From Bacteroidaceae bacterium (GTDB lineage Bacteria; Bacteroidota; Bacteroidia; Bacteroidales; Bacteroidaceae): a DNA stretch of 64,000 bases. Both the position numbers and the translations under genes were made by a program. Numbering within the stretch: position 1 is the first letter of the stretch; each line of letters begins with the position of its first letter. The notes under the pieces were generated by a model. It worked only from the letters and a program-made list of their open reading frames with translations, was not told the origin of the DNA and did no database searches. The DNA lies in NCBI GenBank assembly GCA_045533955.1, contig JAZSIU010000011.1:20555-84554 (forward strand), read 5' to 3'. This document shows, in pieces, positions 49,924-60,841 of the stretch.

Positions 49924-50598
49924 TTATGCATTGTTGGCAAGTGCTTGCCAAAGGGTGTCATCGGGCACCGGCGCTGTCACTGAAATGAGTTGATGCGACA
50001 CCGGGTGTTCAAACTCTATATGTCGAGCCATTAGCGAAATACTCCCATCGGGGTTACTTCGTTTGTCACCATATTTCAAATCGCCTTTTATGGGGCAACC
50101 TATTGACGATAGTTGCACACGTATTTGATGTTTGCGACCGGTCATTAGGTTCACTTCAAGCAGATGATAACGTTCGCTCGATGCAATATGACTATAGCTC
50201 AACCGAGCCTCTTTTGCTCCCGATTTAGGAGTGAGCGAAGCATATGACTTATTATTGCGTTCTACAGTTGTAATATAATGAGTGAGTATGTCTTCACTCT
50301 TCGGGGGGCGGTTGCGAGATATTGCCCAATAGGTTTTGTGTACCTGTCCGTTGCGAAACATATCGTTTAAGCGGCTCAATGCTTTAGATGTTTTAGCAAA
50401 CACCACTACCCCACCCACCGGACGGTCGAGGCGATGCACTACCCCACAAAACACATTTCCCGGCTTATTATATTTCTCTTTAATCCACGTTTTAAGCGTT
50501 TCGACCAATGGTTCATCACCGGTTTTATCTCCTTGCACAATCTCCCCGGGAGCTTTGTTGACTATTATAATATGATTATCTTCGTACAGTATCTGCAT
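49924..50598 (-). CDS. RluA-family pseudouridine synthase (no S4 domain)
   Basis: 224 aa with the catalytic HRLDRPVGGVVVFAKT and KTYWAI motifs. Confidence 0.85.
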   Translation of the reverse strand: MQILYEDNHIIIVNKAPGEIVQGDKTGDEPLVETLKTWIKEKYNKPGNVFCGVVHRLDRPVGGVVVFAKTSKALSRLNDMFRNGQVHKTYWAISRNRPPKSEDILTHYITTVERNNKSYASLTPKSGAKEARLSYSHIASSERYHLLEVNLMTGRKHQIRVQLSSIGCPIKGDLKYGDKRSNPDGSISLMARHIEFEHPVSHQLISVTAPVPDDTLWQALANNA

Positions 50599-50606
50599 AT
50601 ATTACA

Positions 50607-52277
50607 TTATTTAGAACATTCAGGTTTTATATCAACTACACTTCTCATTGGAGTTATTCTTATCGCTAAAAATCTACGTGAATTATAAATTACTTCATTG
50701 ATTTCAGTCACAGACTCGTTTAACGAATATGACTCCGGTATCAACCATCGCTTAAATTTCACATGAAGGGGCGCTTCATCCGAAAAACTAACCGGATTAT
50801 AACAATACTGAAATATATCATTATCATCAACTGAGTCAGCATATGCCCATGCATAATTACATCCATCAATTGAATAAAATGGTCCTGAAAATTTGGTTTT
50901 ATTATCTTTTATATACTCACTAAAATTAGATATTAATTCATAATCTACTGAAGTAATTGGCACTAATCGTTTTTTTCTATGAGAATAATACAATTCCAAT
51001 GTCTCCTTATGAAATTTAAAACCTGGATTATCTCCAATTTCAAGTTCAAAATGCCTTATATAGGGATTAATAAATGCCCCATAGTCCTTATAATCATATA
51101 TCGCAATGCCATCTTCCGACTCTACATATTGAGTTATGAATTTATCTTGATACCCATTTTCTTCAATAGTCGCATAACAAATAGCACTTTGATGCACAAC
51201 AAACACTAATGTTAAGGCTACACAAATCGGTTTTATGAATTTTATGAACTTCGTATAATTAACATTCGCTGTTTTAATCAAGTTAATTATAAGAATAAGA
51301 GAATATAATTCTACTGCAACATATGACCGATTTGGAACAGTTCCTAATCCCAATACAAACAACAATGATACAACAAAAAGACCAATTAATATACTATTAT
51401 TGCTAACAAATTGCTTTAAATTTATAAGATGCTTCTTACTCATATATATTATTAATCCAACCATTATGGGCAACATTTTAATTGCAAGTGGATTACGTTT
51501 TAAATATGCCCAAAATTCGCTATCTAATGTTCCATTCTGTATTCTTAGAAAATTACCGGGAGCAAAAACTAAAAACGCAGACCCAATCCACAATGGAATA
51601 AAGATCGATGCTACTTTATATGAAAATTTCTTATAGTTATAACAATAGTAAATAAATGACACGGCTGACAATGATACTGAAAAAATTTCGTGCGACCAAC
51701 CTGCAACTAGCCCAACTATTGGCATCAATATTAATAAGACCTTTGAATTTATAGTGTCATTTATTATTTTATTCCAAAAATATAGTACACTTAATGTAAA
51801 ACATATTGGCCATAAATAATTTAATGAATAATTAATTGATGTCCATAAATTCGTAGGTTCCGGAAAAAAACACAAAAAAACGACTATTGTAAATATCCAA
51901 TAAATATACCTATCTAACCGCTTAAATGTTATTTTCACAAATAAAAATACCGTAAAAATAAATACTAACGTATTAAAAAAATAAAATATCTCAACACTAG
52001 CAATTCCCGAAAAGAAATGCTCAATTGCATGAACAATTGATCTTCCATTAACTCTATTATAATGATTGATTTGGGATTCTAATATATCTGAAAATGTTTT
52101 TATTTCTCTAATTTCATAGTTTGTATTGAAATCTTCTTCACAAACATAAAAATACATTATCTCATCACCTATTAAATTTCTATTTATAGAACGTAAATAG
52201 AAAAAAATGCTGGTGAGAATTAGCAATAAAACAATATATGCTTTTGGATTCTTAAATATATCTTTCAATTGTTTCAT
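50607..52277 (-). CDS. polytopic membrane protein, candidate GT-C/GtrC-like glycosyltransferase
   Basis: 556 aa with about 11 predicted TM segments, then a soluble C-terminal domain. It lies directly downstream of a GtrB/ArnC-like GT2 and is extremely AT-rich. Confidence 0.5.
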   Translation of the reverse strand: MKQLKDIFKNPKAYIVLLLILTSIFFYLRSINRNLIGDEIMYFYVCEEDFNTNYEIREIKTFSDILESQINHYNRVNGRSIVHAIEHFFSGIASVEIFYFFNTLVFIFTVFLFVKITFKRLDRYIYWIFTIVVFLCFFPEPTNLWTSINYSLNYLWPICFTLSVLYFWNKIINDTINSKVLLILMPIVGLVAGWSHEIFSVSLSAVSFIYYCYNYKKFSYKVASIFIPLWIGSAFLVFAPGNFLRIQNGTLDSEFWAYLKRNPLAIKMLPIMVGLIIYMSKKHLINLKQFVSNNSILIGLFVVSLLFVLGLGTVPNRSYVAVELYSLILIINLIKTANVNYTKFIKFIKPICVALTLVFVVHQSAICYATIEENGYQDKFITQYVESEDGIAIYDYKDYGAFINPYIRHFELEIGDNPGFKFHKETLELYYSHRKKRLVPITSVDYELISNFSEYIKDNKTKFSGPFYSIDGCNYAWAYADSVDDNDIFQYCYNPVSFSDEAPLHVKFKRWLIPESYSLNESVTEINEVIYNSRRFLAIRITPMRSVVDIKPECSK

Positions 52278-52297
52278 TACATATTATTACAATTGTT

Positions 52298-53236
52298 TTA
52301 CTTTTTACTTTCCCCGTCAATTTCTCGAATAAAATACGCCGGGCGATTTTTCGTTTCATTGAATATACGGCCTATGTATTCACCTATTATACCTAATGAA
52401 AGAAGTTGCACTCCTCCAAGGAATAGCATTACTACCATAATTGTGGGATATCCCGCTACAGGGTCACCAACCGCAATGGCCTTTATCAAAACAAATAACA
52501 TATATATAAAAGCACATAATGATACTACTAAACCCATTACTGTAGCAATTTTAAGCGGAGAAGTAGTGTGAGATGTGAGACCTTCAATAGCCAGATTAAA
52601 CAACTTAAAATAACTCCACTTTGTGTCTCCCGCAACTCTGTCATCTTGTTCAAATGTAAATTCTTTCTTCTTGAATCCTATCCATTGAAACATACCCTTG
52701 GTATAGCGTTGCGACTCACGCATTGAACATAATGCGTCAATACATATGCGATCTAAAAGGCGGAAATCACCTACGTTTTGAAGTATTGACACATTTGTAG
52801 TTCTTTGCAATAGTTTATAGTATAATAATGACAACTTACGTCGCAACCACGGTTCGTTTCCACGATCGTTTCTTTTGCCATATATATCGTCGTAACCATC
52901 TTCCCATAATTTTAGCATTTGCGGGATAACCTCAGGTGGGTGTTGAAGGTCGGCATCCATTATCACCATGCAATCACCTGTAACATTGTCGAAGCCGGCA
53001 AGCATAGCTGTTTCTTTACCAAAATTACGCGAAAGGTCTATATAACGAAAACGCTTGTCGCGAAGTCGCATTTGCTTTACCAAGCATAGACTATTGTCGG
53101 TACTCCCATCGTTTATCAACATCACTTCCCATTGATAATTATCGTTACTGTCAATCAGCAATTGCAAGCGCTCGAAAAGCGAGGGCAACACATCTTGCTC
53201 GTTGTAAAAAGGAATTAATATTGATACTTTTTTCAT
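52298..53236 (-). CDS. family 2 glycosyltransferase, polyprenyl-phosphate sugar transferase type (GtrB/ArnC/DPM1-like)
   Basis: 312 aa with ILIPFYNE and VIMDADLQHPP motifs and two C-terminal TM helices. Confidence 0.8.
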   Translation of the reverse strand: MKKVSILIPFYNEQDVLPSLFERLQLLIDSNDNYQWEVMLINDGSTDNSLCLVKQMRLRDKRFRYIDLSRNFGKETAMLAGFDNVTGDCMVIMDADLQHPPEVIPQMLKLWEDGYDDIYGKRNDRGNEPWLRRKLSLLYYKLLQRTTNVSILQNVGDFRLLDRICIDALCSMRESQRYTKGMFQWIGFKKKEFTFEQDDRVAGDTKWSYFKLFNLAIEGLTSHTTSPLKIATVMGLVVSLCAFIYMLFVLIKAIAVGDPVAGYPTIMVVMLFLGGVQLLSLGIIGEYIGRIFNETKNRPAYFIREIDGESKK

Positions 53237-53296
53237 TGCAATCTACAATAGTGATTAGTAAAAGAGTTTAAGCTACAAAGTTAATTAAATTTATAT

Positions 53297-53334
53297 ACAA
53301 AAAAAAGTGCCCCAATTTAAATTGAGGCACTTTT
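53297..53334 (-). terminator. minus-strand terminator after the DUF3332 gene
   Basis: AAAAGTGCC/GGCACTTTT stem with a T-run on the minus strand. Confidence 0.65.
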
Positions 53335-53359
53335 ATCACTTGTTCAATTTATTGTAATC

Positions 53360-53905
53360 TTATTTGAGTGCAAATTGTGAAGATGTAACTTTACCTTGAT
53401 AAGCCCACACTCCTTCTTGAGTTAGTTCAACCACTTCATATCCACCATTTACTGAAGGAACTTTTACGTGAGTATCATCGATAAACGTCATAATTTTGTA
53501 AGTTTCACCATTAGCTGTAACGCTCCAAGTTTGTTCTTCTTGGTCGAAATCAAGACGTACTACACTTCCGTCATTTTCACTTGTGATAGTGTAACCCTTT
53601 CCGTCACATTCCACAATGTAACGTCCATCTTGTCCTTCTATAACCTTCTTACCTTGTGCCAACGCATTGTTTCCGCTCCAGAATTCAATTGAGTTGAGCA
53701 CTAAAATATCAGCGAGAGCAGCAACTTCGTATACAGGCACTACCCAAAATGCGAAGAACACTACTTCATTAACAAATTTATTTCCAATTGACTTATTCCA
53801 ATCAAGCAACTTGTTAGTCAAAGAGAAGCTTCCAATACATGATGTGGTCAATAACGAACCTGCTAAAGCCACAACTAAAGCTACACTTAAATATTTCTTC
53901 TTCAT
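53360..53905 (-). CDS. DUF3332 family lipoprotein
   Basis: The ATG at 53905 gives MKKKYLSVALVVALAGSLLTTSC. PVYEVAALADILVLNSIEFW is typical of DUF3332. Confidence 0.7.
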   Translation of the reverse strand: MKKKYLSVALVVALAGSLLTTSCIGSFSLTNKLLDWNKSIGNKFVNEVVFFAFWVVPVYEVAALADILVLNSIEFWSGNNALAQGKKVIEGQDGRYIVECDGKGYTITSENDGSVVRLDFDQEEQTWSVTANGETYKIMTFIDDTHVKVPSVNGGYEVVELTQEGVWAYQGKVTSSQFALK

Positions 53906-54038
53906 AATCAAAAACATTAAAAGGTTAGTAATTTCTTTATTCCACCACAAATATAATACATTTATATAACATTACAAAAGAACTTTTAGTTTACATTTTA
54001 TATAAAAAACATAACTATGTTAAGATACATAATACATA

Positions 54039-55205
54039 TCAATATTCAAAAGTCCCTTTTTCAGAAATTATTGTAAGATGATTTTTTTCTGCATCTTCAA
54101 CCCTACCAATGATACGGGCAGGAATTCCCCATGATTCAGAAATTTCGATTACTCGTTGAGCATCTTCGGGTGCGAGATATATTTCCATGCGGTGCCCCAT
54201 ATTAAACACTTTATACATCTCAGCCCAATCTGTGCCCGACTCACGGCTTATCAAATCGAATAATGGAGGAATTGGGAATAAATTATCTTTGATTACATGT
54301 TTATTTTCAACAAAGTGCATCACTTTTGTTTGAGCGCCACCTGAGCAGTGAACCATTCCGTGAACTTTATTGCGCATTTCATCGAGCAACGCTTTAATAA
54401 CCGGAGCATAAGTGCGTGTAGGAGAGAGAACGAGCTTTCCGGCATTTATAGGAGCGCCCTCAACCTCATCGGTCAACCCTACCGAGCCTGAATATACTAA
54501 TTCTTGAGGCACAGCAGCGTCATATGTTTCGGGATATTTTTCAGCAACAGATTTATTAAACACATCATGACGAGCCGATGTCAAACCATTGCTACCCATA
54601 CCTCCGTTATATTCTTTTTCATATGTTGCTTGTCCATAAGAAGCAAGGCCTACAATCACATCACCACCTTTGATATTAGCATTATTGATTACATCACTAC
54701 GTTTCATGCGACAAGTAACAGTGCTATCAACGATGATAGTGCGCACGAGGTCGCCCACATCGGCTGTTTCGCCTCCGGTTGAATAAACACTCACTCCCAT
54801 TTCGCGCAATTCGGCAAGCAATTCTTCGGTACCATTGATAATTGCAGCTATAACCTCTCCGGGAATAAGGTGCTTGTTACGACCAATGGTTGATGACACA
54901 AGAATATTATCTGTAGCACCTACACATAGCAAATCGTCGATATTCATAATCAAAGCGTCTTGCGCAATGCCTTTCCACACACTCAAATCGCCTGTTTCTT
55001 TCCAATAGGCATAGGCCAATGATGATTTTGTACCTGCTCCATCGGCGTGCATTATATTACAATATTCTTCGTCTCCTCCCAATATATCAGGGATGATTTT
55101 ACAAAATGCTTTAGGATATAACCCTTTGTCCACGTTCTTTATCGCGTTGTGGACATCTTCTTTTGAGGCCGATACGCCTCGCATATTATAACGTTGATCA
55201 CTCAT
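54039..55205 (-). CDS. purM: AIR synthase-related protein (phosphoribosylformylglycinamidine cyclo-ligase, Bacteroidetes long form)
   Basis: 388 aa with PurM N/C-domain motifs (DGAGTKS, DDLLCVGA, GGETA). Confidence 0.75.
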   Translation of the reverse strand: MSDQRYNMRGVSASKEDVHNAIKNVDKGLYPKAFCKIIPDILGGDEEYCNIMHADGAGTKSSLAYAYWKETGDLSVWKGIAQDALIMNIDDLLCVGATDNILVSSTIGRNKHLIPGEVIAAIINGTEELLAELREMGVSVYSTGGETADVGDLVRTIIVDSTVTCRMKRSDVINNANIKGGDVIVGLASYGQATYEKEYNGGMGSNGLTSARHDVFNKSVAEKYPETYDAAVPQELVYSGSVGLTDEVEGAPINAGKLVLSPTRTYAPVIKALLDEMRNKVHGMVHCSGGAQTKVMHFVENKHVIKDNLFPIPPLFDLISRESGTDWAEMYKVFNMGHRMEIYLAPEDAQRVIEISESWGIPARIIGRVEDAEKNHLTIISEKGTFEY

Positions 55206-55226
55206 ATATATTTAGTTTTACTATTT

Positions 55227-56063
55227 TCAAAAAATAACAGATAATAGAAATATTAAAACAACTGATGCCGGAAGAACAAATAACAATGAATCTATGCGAT
55301 CGAGAATTCCACCATGACCCGGGATTAGATTTCCCGAATCTTTAACACCTAAACTACGTTTAAACATCGATTCCACTAAGTCGCCAAATGTAGCGAATAT
55401 CGACACTACAATTCCCAACAATGCACATGCATATGCACTATCTAACTCATTTTGTGTCTCAAATCCCAAGCTATAATATACGACACCGGCGATAGCTGAG
55501 AAAAGCATTCCTCCCCAAAATCCTTCCCACGATTTTTTAGGCGAAATGCGCTCAAACAACCGATGTTTGCCCATTGTACACCCAACAAGATATGCTCCTG
55601 TATCGTTAAGCCAAATCATTATAAATAATAATAACAACAACTGTTGAGAATATTCATATATAACAATCATAGCAAACATTGGCAACACAATATATACTAA
55701 TGCCATAAGCGAATAGGCTATACTTTTTATTGGATTCTCTTTGCTATTATATAACTGAATAATAGGTCGTGATAGCAAATAAATACATGACAACCCTATT
55801 AATACCATTCCACAAATATCGACGCCACACACCATGCACATGGCAATAAGAGTAATCGCAAGGGTCAACACAATCACATCTAGCCACAATACAAACTTCG
55901 AGCCTTCAGGCTTAGTCATCACAAGAAATTCTCGTGTAGCCAAGAATGTCAATAAGGCACATAACCCCACAAAGGCATATTTAGAAGTCATTATACCTAA
56001 AACGATTATCAATACATATACAAAACCTGACAAGGCTCGAGTTATAAAATTTTTTATATCCAT
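55227..56063 (-). CDS. cdsA: phosphatidate cytidylyltransferase
   Basis: 278 aa, polytopic. The C-terminal signature is SMFKRSLGVKDSGNLIPGHGGILDRIDS. Confidence 0.9.
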   Translation of the reverse strand: MDIKNFITRALSGFVYVLIIVLGIMTSKYAFVGLCALLTFLATREFLVMTKPEGSKFVLWLDVIVLTLAITLIAMCMVCGVDICGMVLIGLSCIYLLSRPIIQLYNSKENPIKSIAYSLMALVYIVLPMFAMIVIYEYSQQLLLLLFIMIWLNDTGAYLVGCTMGKHRLFERISPKKSWEGFWGGMLFSAIAGVVYYSLGFETQNELDSAYACALLGIVVSIFATFGDLVESMFKRSLGVKDSGNLIPGHGGILDRIDSLLFVLPASVVLIFLLSVIF

Positions 56064-56315
56064 TTCTTCGTATAGGGAATTTATACAAATTCCACAAATT
56101 AATTAAACTTTAGTTAATGGGAAACATTCTTTTAATTTCCACACAAATACTTCGTTTTATTGTGTGATTTGCTTAAGTGAAACAGCATTTCCATATTTGA
56201 ATAATCGGCTCAAATAAACTTCACAAATATTCACCAAGTAACTTATCGAAGTTCCCTTTATTTATTCAACAAACAAAAATAACACATTTTTTTTACATAT
56301 AGGCAGTATTATCGT

Positions 56316-58505
56316 TTATTTTATCAAAATACGCTCCAACGAAGTCCCTTTCGAGTGTTTTACCTTAATGATATACACCCCTGGGGCCGATACGCTCATA
56401 TCAACATATGATGTAGACGATAAAAGCACTTTCTTACCATCGGTTGAATACACTTCAACACTCTCAATCTCACATTGTGGCACTTCAACAACAAATTGAC
56501 GCTCACCAATATATGTAAAAATGGGGTTAATCTCAGCATCAACCAACACATCTCCCACTCCTCCGCGTTTCAACACCTCTTTTAGTCCGGCATATGCTTC
56601 AATATTTCCTGCGCCCCATTGCGAATTGGGAAAATCAGGATAATCGGTACTAGCTGTTGACTGCGCTATCTCAATCACATCTTGAACCGTTAGAGAAGAA
56701 TCGGCTTCAAGCCAACACGCTACCACTCCGGCAACATGGGGCGACGACATCGACGTCCCGCACTCCGAAATCCAATAATATCCCTTTCCATCAACCATTG
56801 TTTTTGCTGCCAACGAGCCTAATGTCGACACACTTAATCTACTCACAAAATGCGAATTTATCGACGATACAATCATATTACCGGGAGCACAAATATGAGG
56901 CAATTGTCGGCCATCATCAAGGGTTCCATAACTAGAAAAATCAGCCACTGTGCCTACATTAAAACCATATTTAGACACACTTCCGTCAACCTGTGGCGCA
57001 GTGTTTCGAGAATTACTTGCTCCCACCACAAAAACATTTTCTCCACATGCCAAGTCTGAGATAGAACGTTGCGATGTGCCCATCGTAAATCCTTCGACGC
57101 CTAGCGAATTAAAAATCAACCTAGTGCCATCGGCATAAGCGTCAATATGCATGCCGGCTTGTGCCCGAGTAATAAACCCTATACAATATCTCCCAAGACG
57201 CCCCGACGTGTCAAGTTGATTATTTTTTACATCAACCGTTGCATAAACATTATATCTATTATTTTCAAGATTAAGTGATGAATATATCCTAACTGAGCCT
57301 GTCAAGCCACTTTCAAACAACGGAATGGAAACATCATTATCAGTTGCTAATGCCGACGAAGAAATACCCCACGATGATGCGCCTCCCGACATGGAGCCTA
57401 TAAAGGGAGAGGTATAAACAAACTCTTTGGTTTCCCTATCATATATTGTGAGAGCCACCATAAACTCACGACTGTCGCTGCTCCACAAATCTATAGCCCC
57501 GCGCAATTCAATGCCACACACCTTAGGATTATCATATACAAACGTTTTCATCTCATCTCCGTCATTAACGGCGTCAAAAGGAATATACACCTGTTTATTA
57601 CCCTCATTGCCGGCCGATAGGCAAACAATAGCCTCTTTGCCCAACAATCCAAGATATTGATTAAACAACGAAGTGCCATCATGTGGACCAAGATAATAAC
57701 CTAACGACATATTTATCACTGCAGGCACACCTTTACTTTTTGCATATTTTACAACATCTTCTGCCCCGGCAAGTATCGACATGTCATATAGCGAGCTAGT
57801 TGTTGCTACAATATCAGCTCCCGGAGCAACTCCCCAATATGGCATCTCCCTATAACCGCCTGCCAATATCCCTGCAACATGAGTCGCGTGCCACTCAGTG
57901 GTATCGGCAAATTGTAACATTTCTTGAGGCGTGGTCATGTCATACTTTAACGCATGCAACTCATCGTAATGAACAAATCTCATCAATCGTCCATCCCTAA
58001 AATTGGGATGAGACGGGTCAAATCCGGTATCGGAAAATCCCACAACAACACCATTCCCGTCATATGATTGTGGCAAGTCAACTCCTTGCTGAGTCAAATT
58101 CACATTTGTCATTTTTCGTGCCTCATCAAGAGTTAACGACATTGGCGCAGATAAGCTCATCCTGTTAACCAATGGCAACCGCGACACCGCATCAAGCTGA
58201 CTATAAGGAATACATGCCAACAAAAAATTCTCACGCCGATGCATTATTACCGTGCCCAATGCTTCCAATTCATCTATCACCGTATCATTTGACAATTTAA
58301 TTATAACCGGGTAATATATTTCATCATTTTCCGTCACTTGCGATTTTAGTCCTTTGTTGTCGTCCAAATTAACAACAATAGGCATCCCTCCTCCCTTTAT
58401 CGACTCCATTATGGCACGGCTACGATTGTCGAGTGGCGTAGAGGGCTTAGCTACAAACGCAATAAGCACAAATAACGACAGTAATATCTTTCTCATTTTT
58501 GTCAA
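56316..58505 (-). CDS. S8 (subtilisin-like) serine peptidase with a T9SS C-terminal sorting domain
   Basis: Catalytic D/H/S contexts are GFSDTGFDPSHPNF, HATHVAGILAGG and GTSMSSPHVAGVVA. A signal peptide is present. The C-terminal ~80 aa beta domain ends VYIIKVKHSKGTSLERILIK. Confidence 0.85.
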   Translation of the reverse strand: MTKMRKILLSLFVLIAFVAKPSTPLDNRSRAIMESIKGGGMPIVVNLDDNKGLKSQVTENDEIYYPVIIKLSNDTVIDELEALGTVIMHRRENFLLACIPYSQLDAVSRLPLVNRMSLSAPMSLTLDEARKMTNVNLTQQGVDLPQSYDGNGVVVGFSDTGFDPSHPNFRDGRLMRFVHYDELHALKYDMTTPQEMLQFADTTEWHATHVAGILAGGYREMPYWGVAPGADIVATTSSLYDMSILAGAEDVVKYAKSKGVPAVINMSLGYYLGPHDGTSLFNQYLGLLGKEAIVCLSAGNEGNKQVYIPFDAVNDGDEMKTFVYDNPKVCGIELRGAIDLWSSDSREFMVALTIYDRETKEFVYTSPFIGSMSGGASSWGISSSALATDNDVSIPLFESGLTGSVRIYSSLNLENNRYNVYATVDVKNNQLDTSGRLGRYCIGFITRAQAGMHIDAYADGTRLIFNSLGVEGFTMGTSQRSISDLACGENVFVVGASNSRNTAPQVDGSVSKYGFNVGTVADFSSYGTLDDGRQLPHICAPGNMIVSSINSHFVSRLSVSTLGSLAAKTMVDGKGYYWISECGTSMSSPHVAGVVACWLEADSSLTVQDVIEIAQSTASTDYPDFPNSQWGAGNIEAYAGLKEVLKRGGVGDVLVDAEINPIFTYIGERQFVVEVPQCEIESVEVYSTDGKKVLLSSTSYVDMSVSAPGVYIIKVKHSKGTSLERILIK

Positions 58506-58585
58506 TTCAATTTTTTACAAAAATAAGAAAAAAGCCATTATCAGGCAACCCGATAATGGCTTTTATTCTTTATGAAATGTGAAGA

Positions 58586-60841
58586 TTACTTCACAACCAC
58601 TTTTGTAGTATATTTAGCGCCATTAGCTTCCACTGCAAGGATATACACACCACTTGCCACCGATGAAGCATCAACAACCACATTGTCAGCTTGAGCCGAA
58701 GCATTAACTACTGCTTGACCTGCAACATTGTAAAGTGTTGCATCAACCGCTGTTGCACCCACATATGTAACTTCATATTGATTTTGTGCTACAGGTGTTA
58801 CCAATACATTTTGAGCCACATCGGCCTTAACTCCCTCTACTCCATCATAAGCAATTGCAGTTTTTACTGCATTAAGCACATTTATTTTACCGGCACCCCA
58901 TTGAACAGGATTTGATGAGTTTTCAACAAATGCATCTTGGGTTGCTGTGTTAATTAAGATTGAGCGCACTTCTGCACTTGTCAAATTAGGATTAGCTTGC
59001 AACATTAGAGCGACAGCACCCGAAGCAAATGGAGCCGCCATTGATGTTCCCATCATATAATCATAATAGTATGGGCTATTGTTATAGGTAGTTTTACCAA
59101 CCAACATAAACTCATTATCATAAACGCCTTGTTGAAGAGCCAATGTCATGTAATATGGGCTCATTGAAGAAACTATCATTGCACCTGGAGCTGTCAAGTG
59201 AGGCAATTTACGGCCATCAACGAGTGTTCCGTAGCTTGAGAATGCAGCAATATCATCAAGATCAACATATGAAGAGAAATTATATGCATAACCTTTTACT
59301 CTCACGGGAACTTTATCACGGCTTGTAAATGCGCCAACTGAAATAACATTTTTGGCACAAGATGCATCAGTGATTGATCCATCTCCGCCACCATTCATCC
59401 AACCAGAGATGTCGTTTGAGGCCAATGTGCTATAACCTGTTGGAGCATATACGTCAATACGTTGACCGGCATTTCCTTCAATCATAACACCAAACGCAAC
59501 ATTTCCTGTTGGGTTATTTGCTGAATTTACTAGATAATATGAGATTTGTGCAGTGTAACGATTGTTATATTCATCTACTTTTGAACCAACACCAATATAA
59601 CCGGTATAAGCATTCTCAAACACAGCTGAAGAAATGTCGCCTGGGCTACTATAATCCTTTGTACTAACAAATTTAAACTCGCCATTAGTGCTTGCGGTAA
59701 CTGCAGGCATTGCATAAACGATTGTTTTTTGTGTCAAGTCATAAAGTACCGGAGTAACTTTAAATGCTTGATTGGTATTGCTCCAAATTTCGATATTACC
59801 TAATTGACCATTCTTATAAGCGGTAGGCATCACAAATGAGTTGATAGTCTTATCACTTGCAGTCATTGTTTTTGTAATAGCATACCCCATATCGGCTTCA
59901 TTACCTGCGGCCACACAAATCACTGCTCGCTCAGCCAATTTATCGATATATTGGCTAAACAATTCTGTACCATCGTGAGGACCATAACCGCTACCCATTG
60001 AAAGGTTTACAACACATGGTTGGTTATTCGCTTCAGCATACTCGATGATATTTTCAATACCCATAAGAATATTATTATCATATGCATCATTACCCAATCC
60101 TACCATCAAAATATCCGACTCACTTGCAACACCATAGTAGTTGATTGTGTCGGCCAAATTTTTATAGCCACCTGCCATAATACCGGCTACGTGTGTACCA
60201 TGCGACATTGTTGAAAGGTCGGTTGTGAACTGACTGAGTTTATACTCACTGTCATAAGCAGTTTCAATACCATCTTTACCGGTAATAGTCCATGCGGCTT
60301 TCACACGCGATGAACCATCTGCATTCTTAAAGTTGGGGTGATTAGCTGTAACTCCTGCATCAACAAGACCGGTTACCACACCTGCCCCTTTATATGCTTG
60401 AGGTAATTGTCCCAATGGACGATGAACTGTATTTACTCCTGTCTTTGTACGAGCTTGGTCCATAAGAGGCTTAGCCATTTTAGGCATTGACAATGATTTT
60501 ACCGATTTCAAATTTGAAACAGCTACTACTTTAGCCACATCAACTTCTACAAGAGCAAGGTTGTCGATTTGTGAACGAATAACTGCACCTTCAGCCTCCA
60601 ACTCGGCAAGATTAGCATCTTTATTCAAGTCAATAAGAACCACCACTCGTTCTGGCATATCGCCAAATGGTTTAATCGTGTTTAAATCCTCCTTATCTGT
60701 TTTAAAAGGATTTTCACTTCCAAGTTTTTCCATCAATTGGTATTGGTGAAGCATTGCTTGACCATTAAGGTCAATTTTGCTTTGTGCAAATGAGAAGAGT
60801 GTTGCACCTGCCAATAAAACACTTAAGTAAATTTTTTTCAT
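58586..60841 (-). CDS. S8 (subtilisin-like) serine peptidase with a T9SS C-terminal sorting domain, paralogue of the preceding gene
   Basis: Catalytic contexts are GLVDAGVTANHPNF, HGTHVAGIMAGG and GTSMAAPFASGAVA. The C-terminus is GVYILAVEANGAKYTTKVVVK. Confidence 0.85.
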   Translation of the reverse strand: MKKIYLSVLLAGATLFSFAQSKIDLNGQAMLHQYQLMEKLGSENPFKTDKEDLNTIKPFGDMPERVVVLIDLNKDANLAELEAEGAVIRSQIDNLALVEVDVAKVVAVSNLKSVKSLSMPKMAKPLMDQARTKTGVNTVHRPLGQLPQAYKGAGVVTGLVDAGVTANHPNFKNADGSSRVKAAWTITGKDGIETAYDSEYKLSQFTTDLSTMSHGTHVAGIMAGGYKNLADTINYYGVASESDILMVGLGNDAYDNNILMGIENIIEYAEANNQPCVVNLSMGSGYGPHDGTELFSQYIDKLAERAVICVAAGNEADMGYAITKTMTASDKTINSFVMPTAYKNGQLGNIEIWSNTNQAFKVTPVLYDLTQKTIVYAMPAVTASTNGEFKFVSTKDYSSPGDISSAVFENAYTGYIGVGSKVDEYNNRYTAQISYYLVNSANNPTGNVAFGVMIEGNAGQRIDVYAPTGYSTLASNDISGWMNGGGDGSITDASCAKNVISVGAFTSRDKVPVRVKGYAYNFSSYVDLDDIAAFSSYGTLVDGRKLPHLTAPGAMIVSSMSPYYMTLALQQGVYDNEFMLVGKTTYNNSPYYYDYMMGTSMAAPFASGAVALMLQANPNLTSAEVRSILINTATQDAFVENSSNPVQWGAGKINVLNAVKTAIAYDGVEGVKADVAQNVLVTPVAQNQYEVTYVGATAVDATLYNVAGQAVVNASAQADNVVVDASSVASGVYILAVEANGAKYTTKVVVK

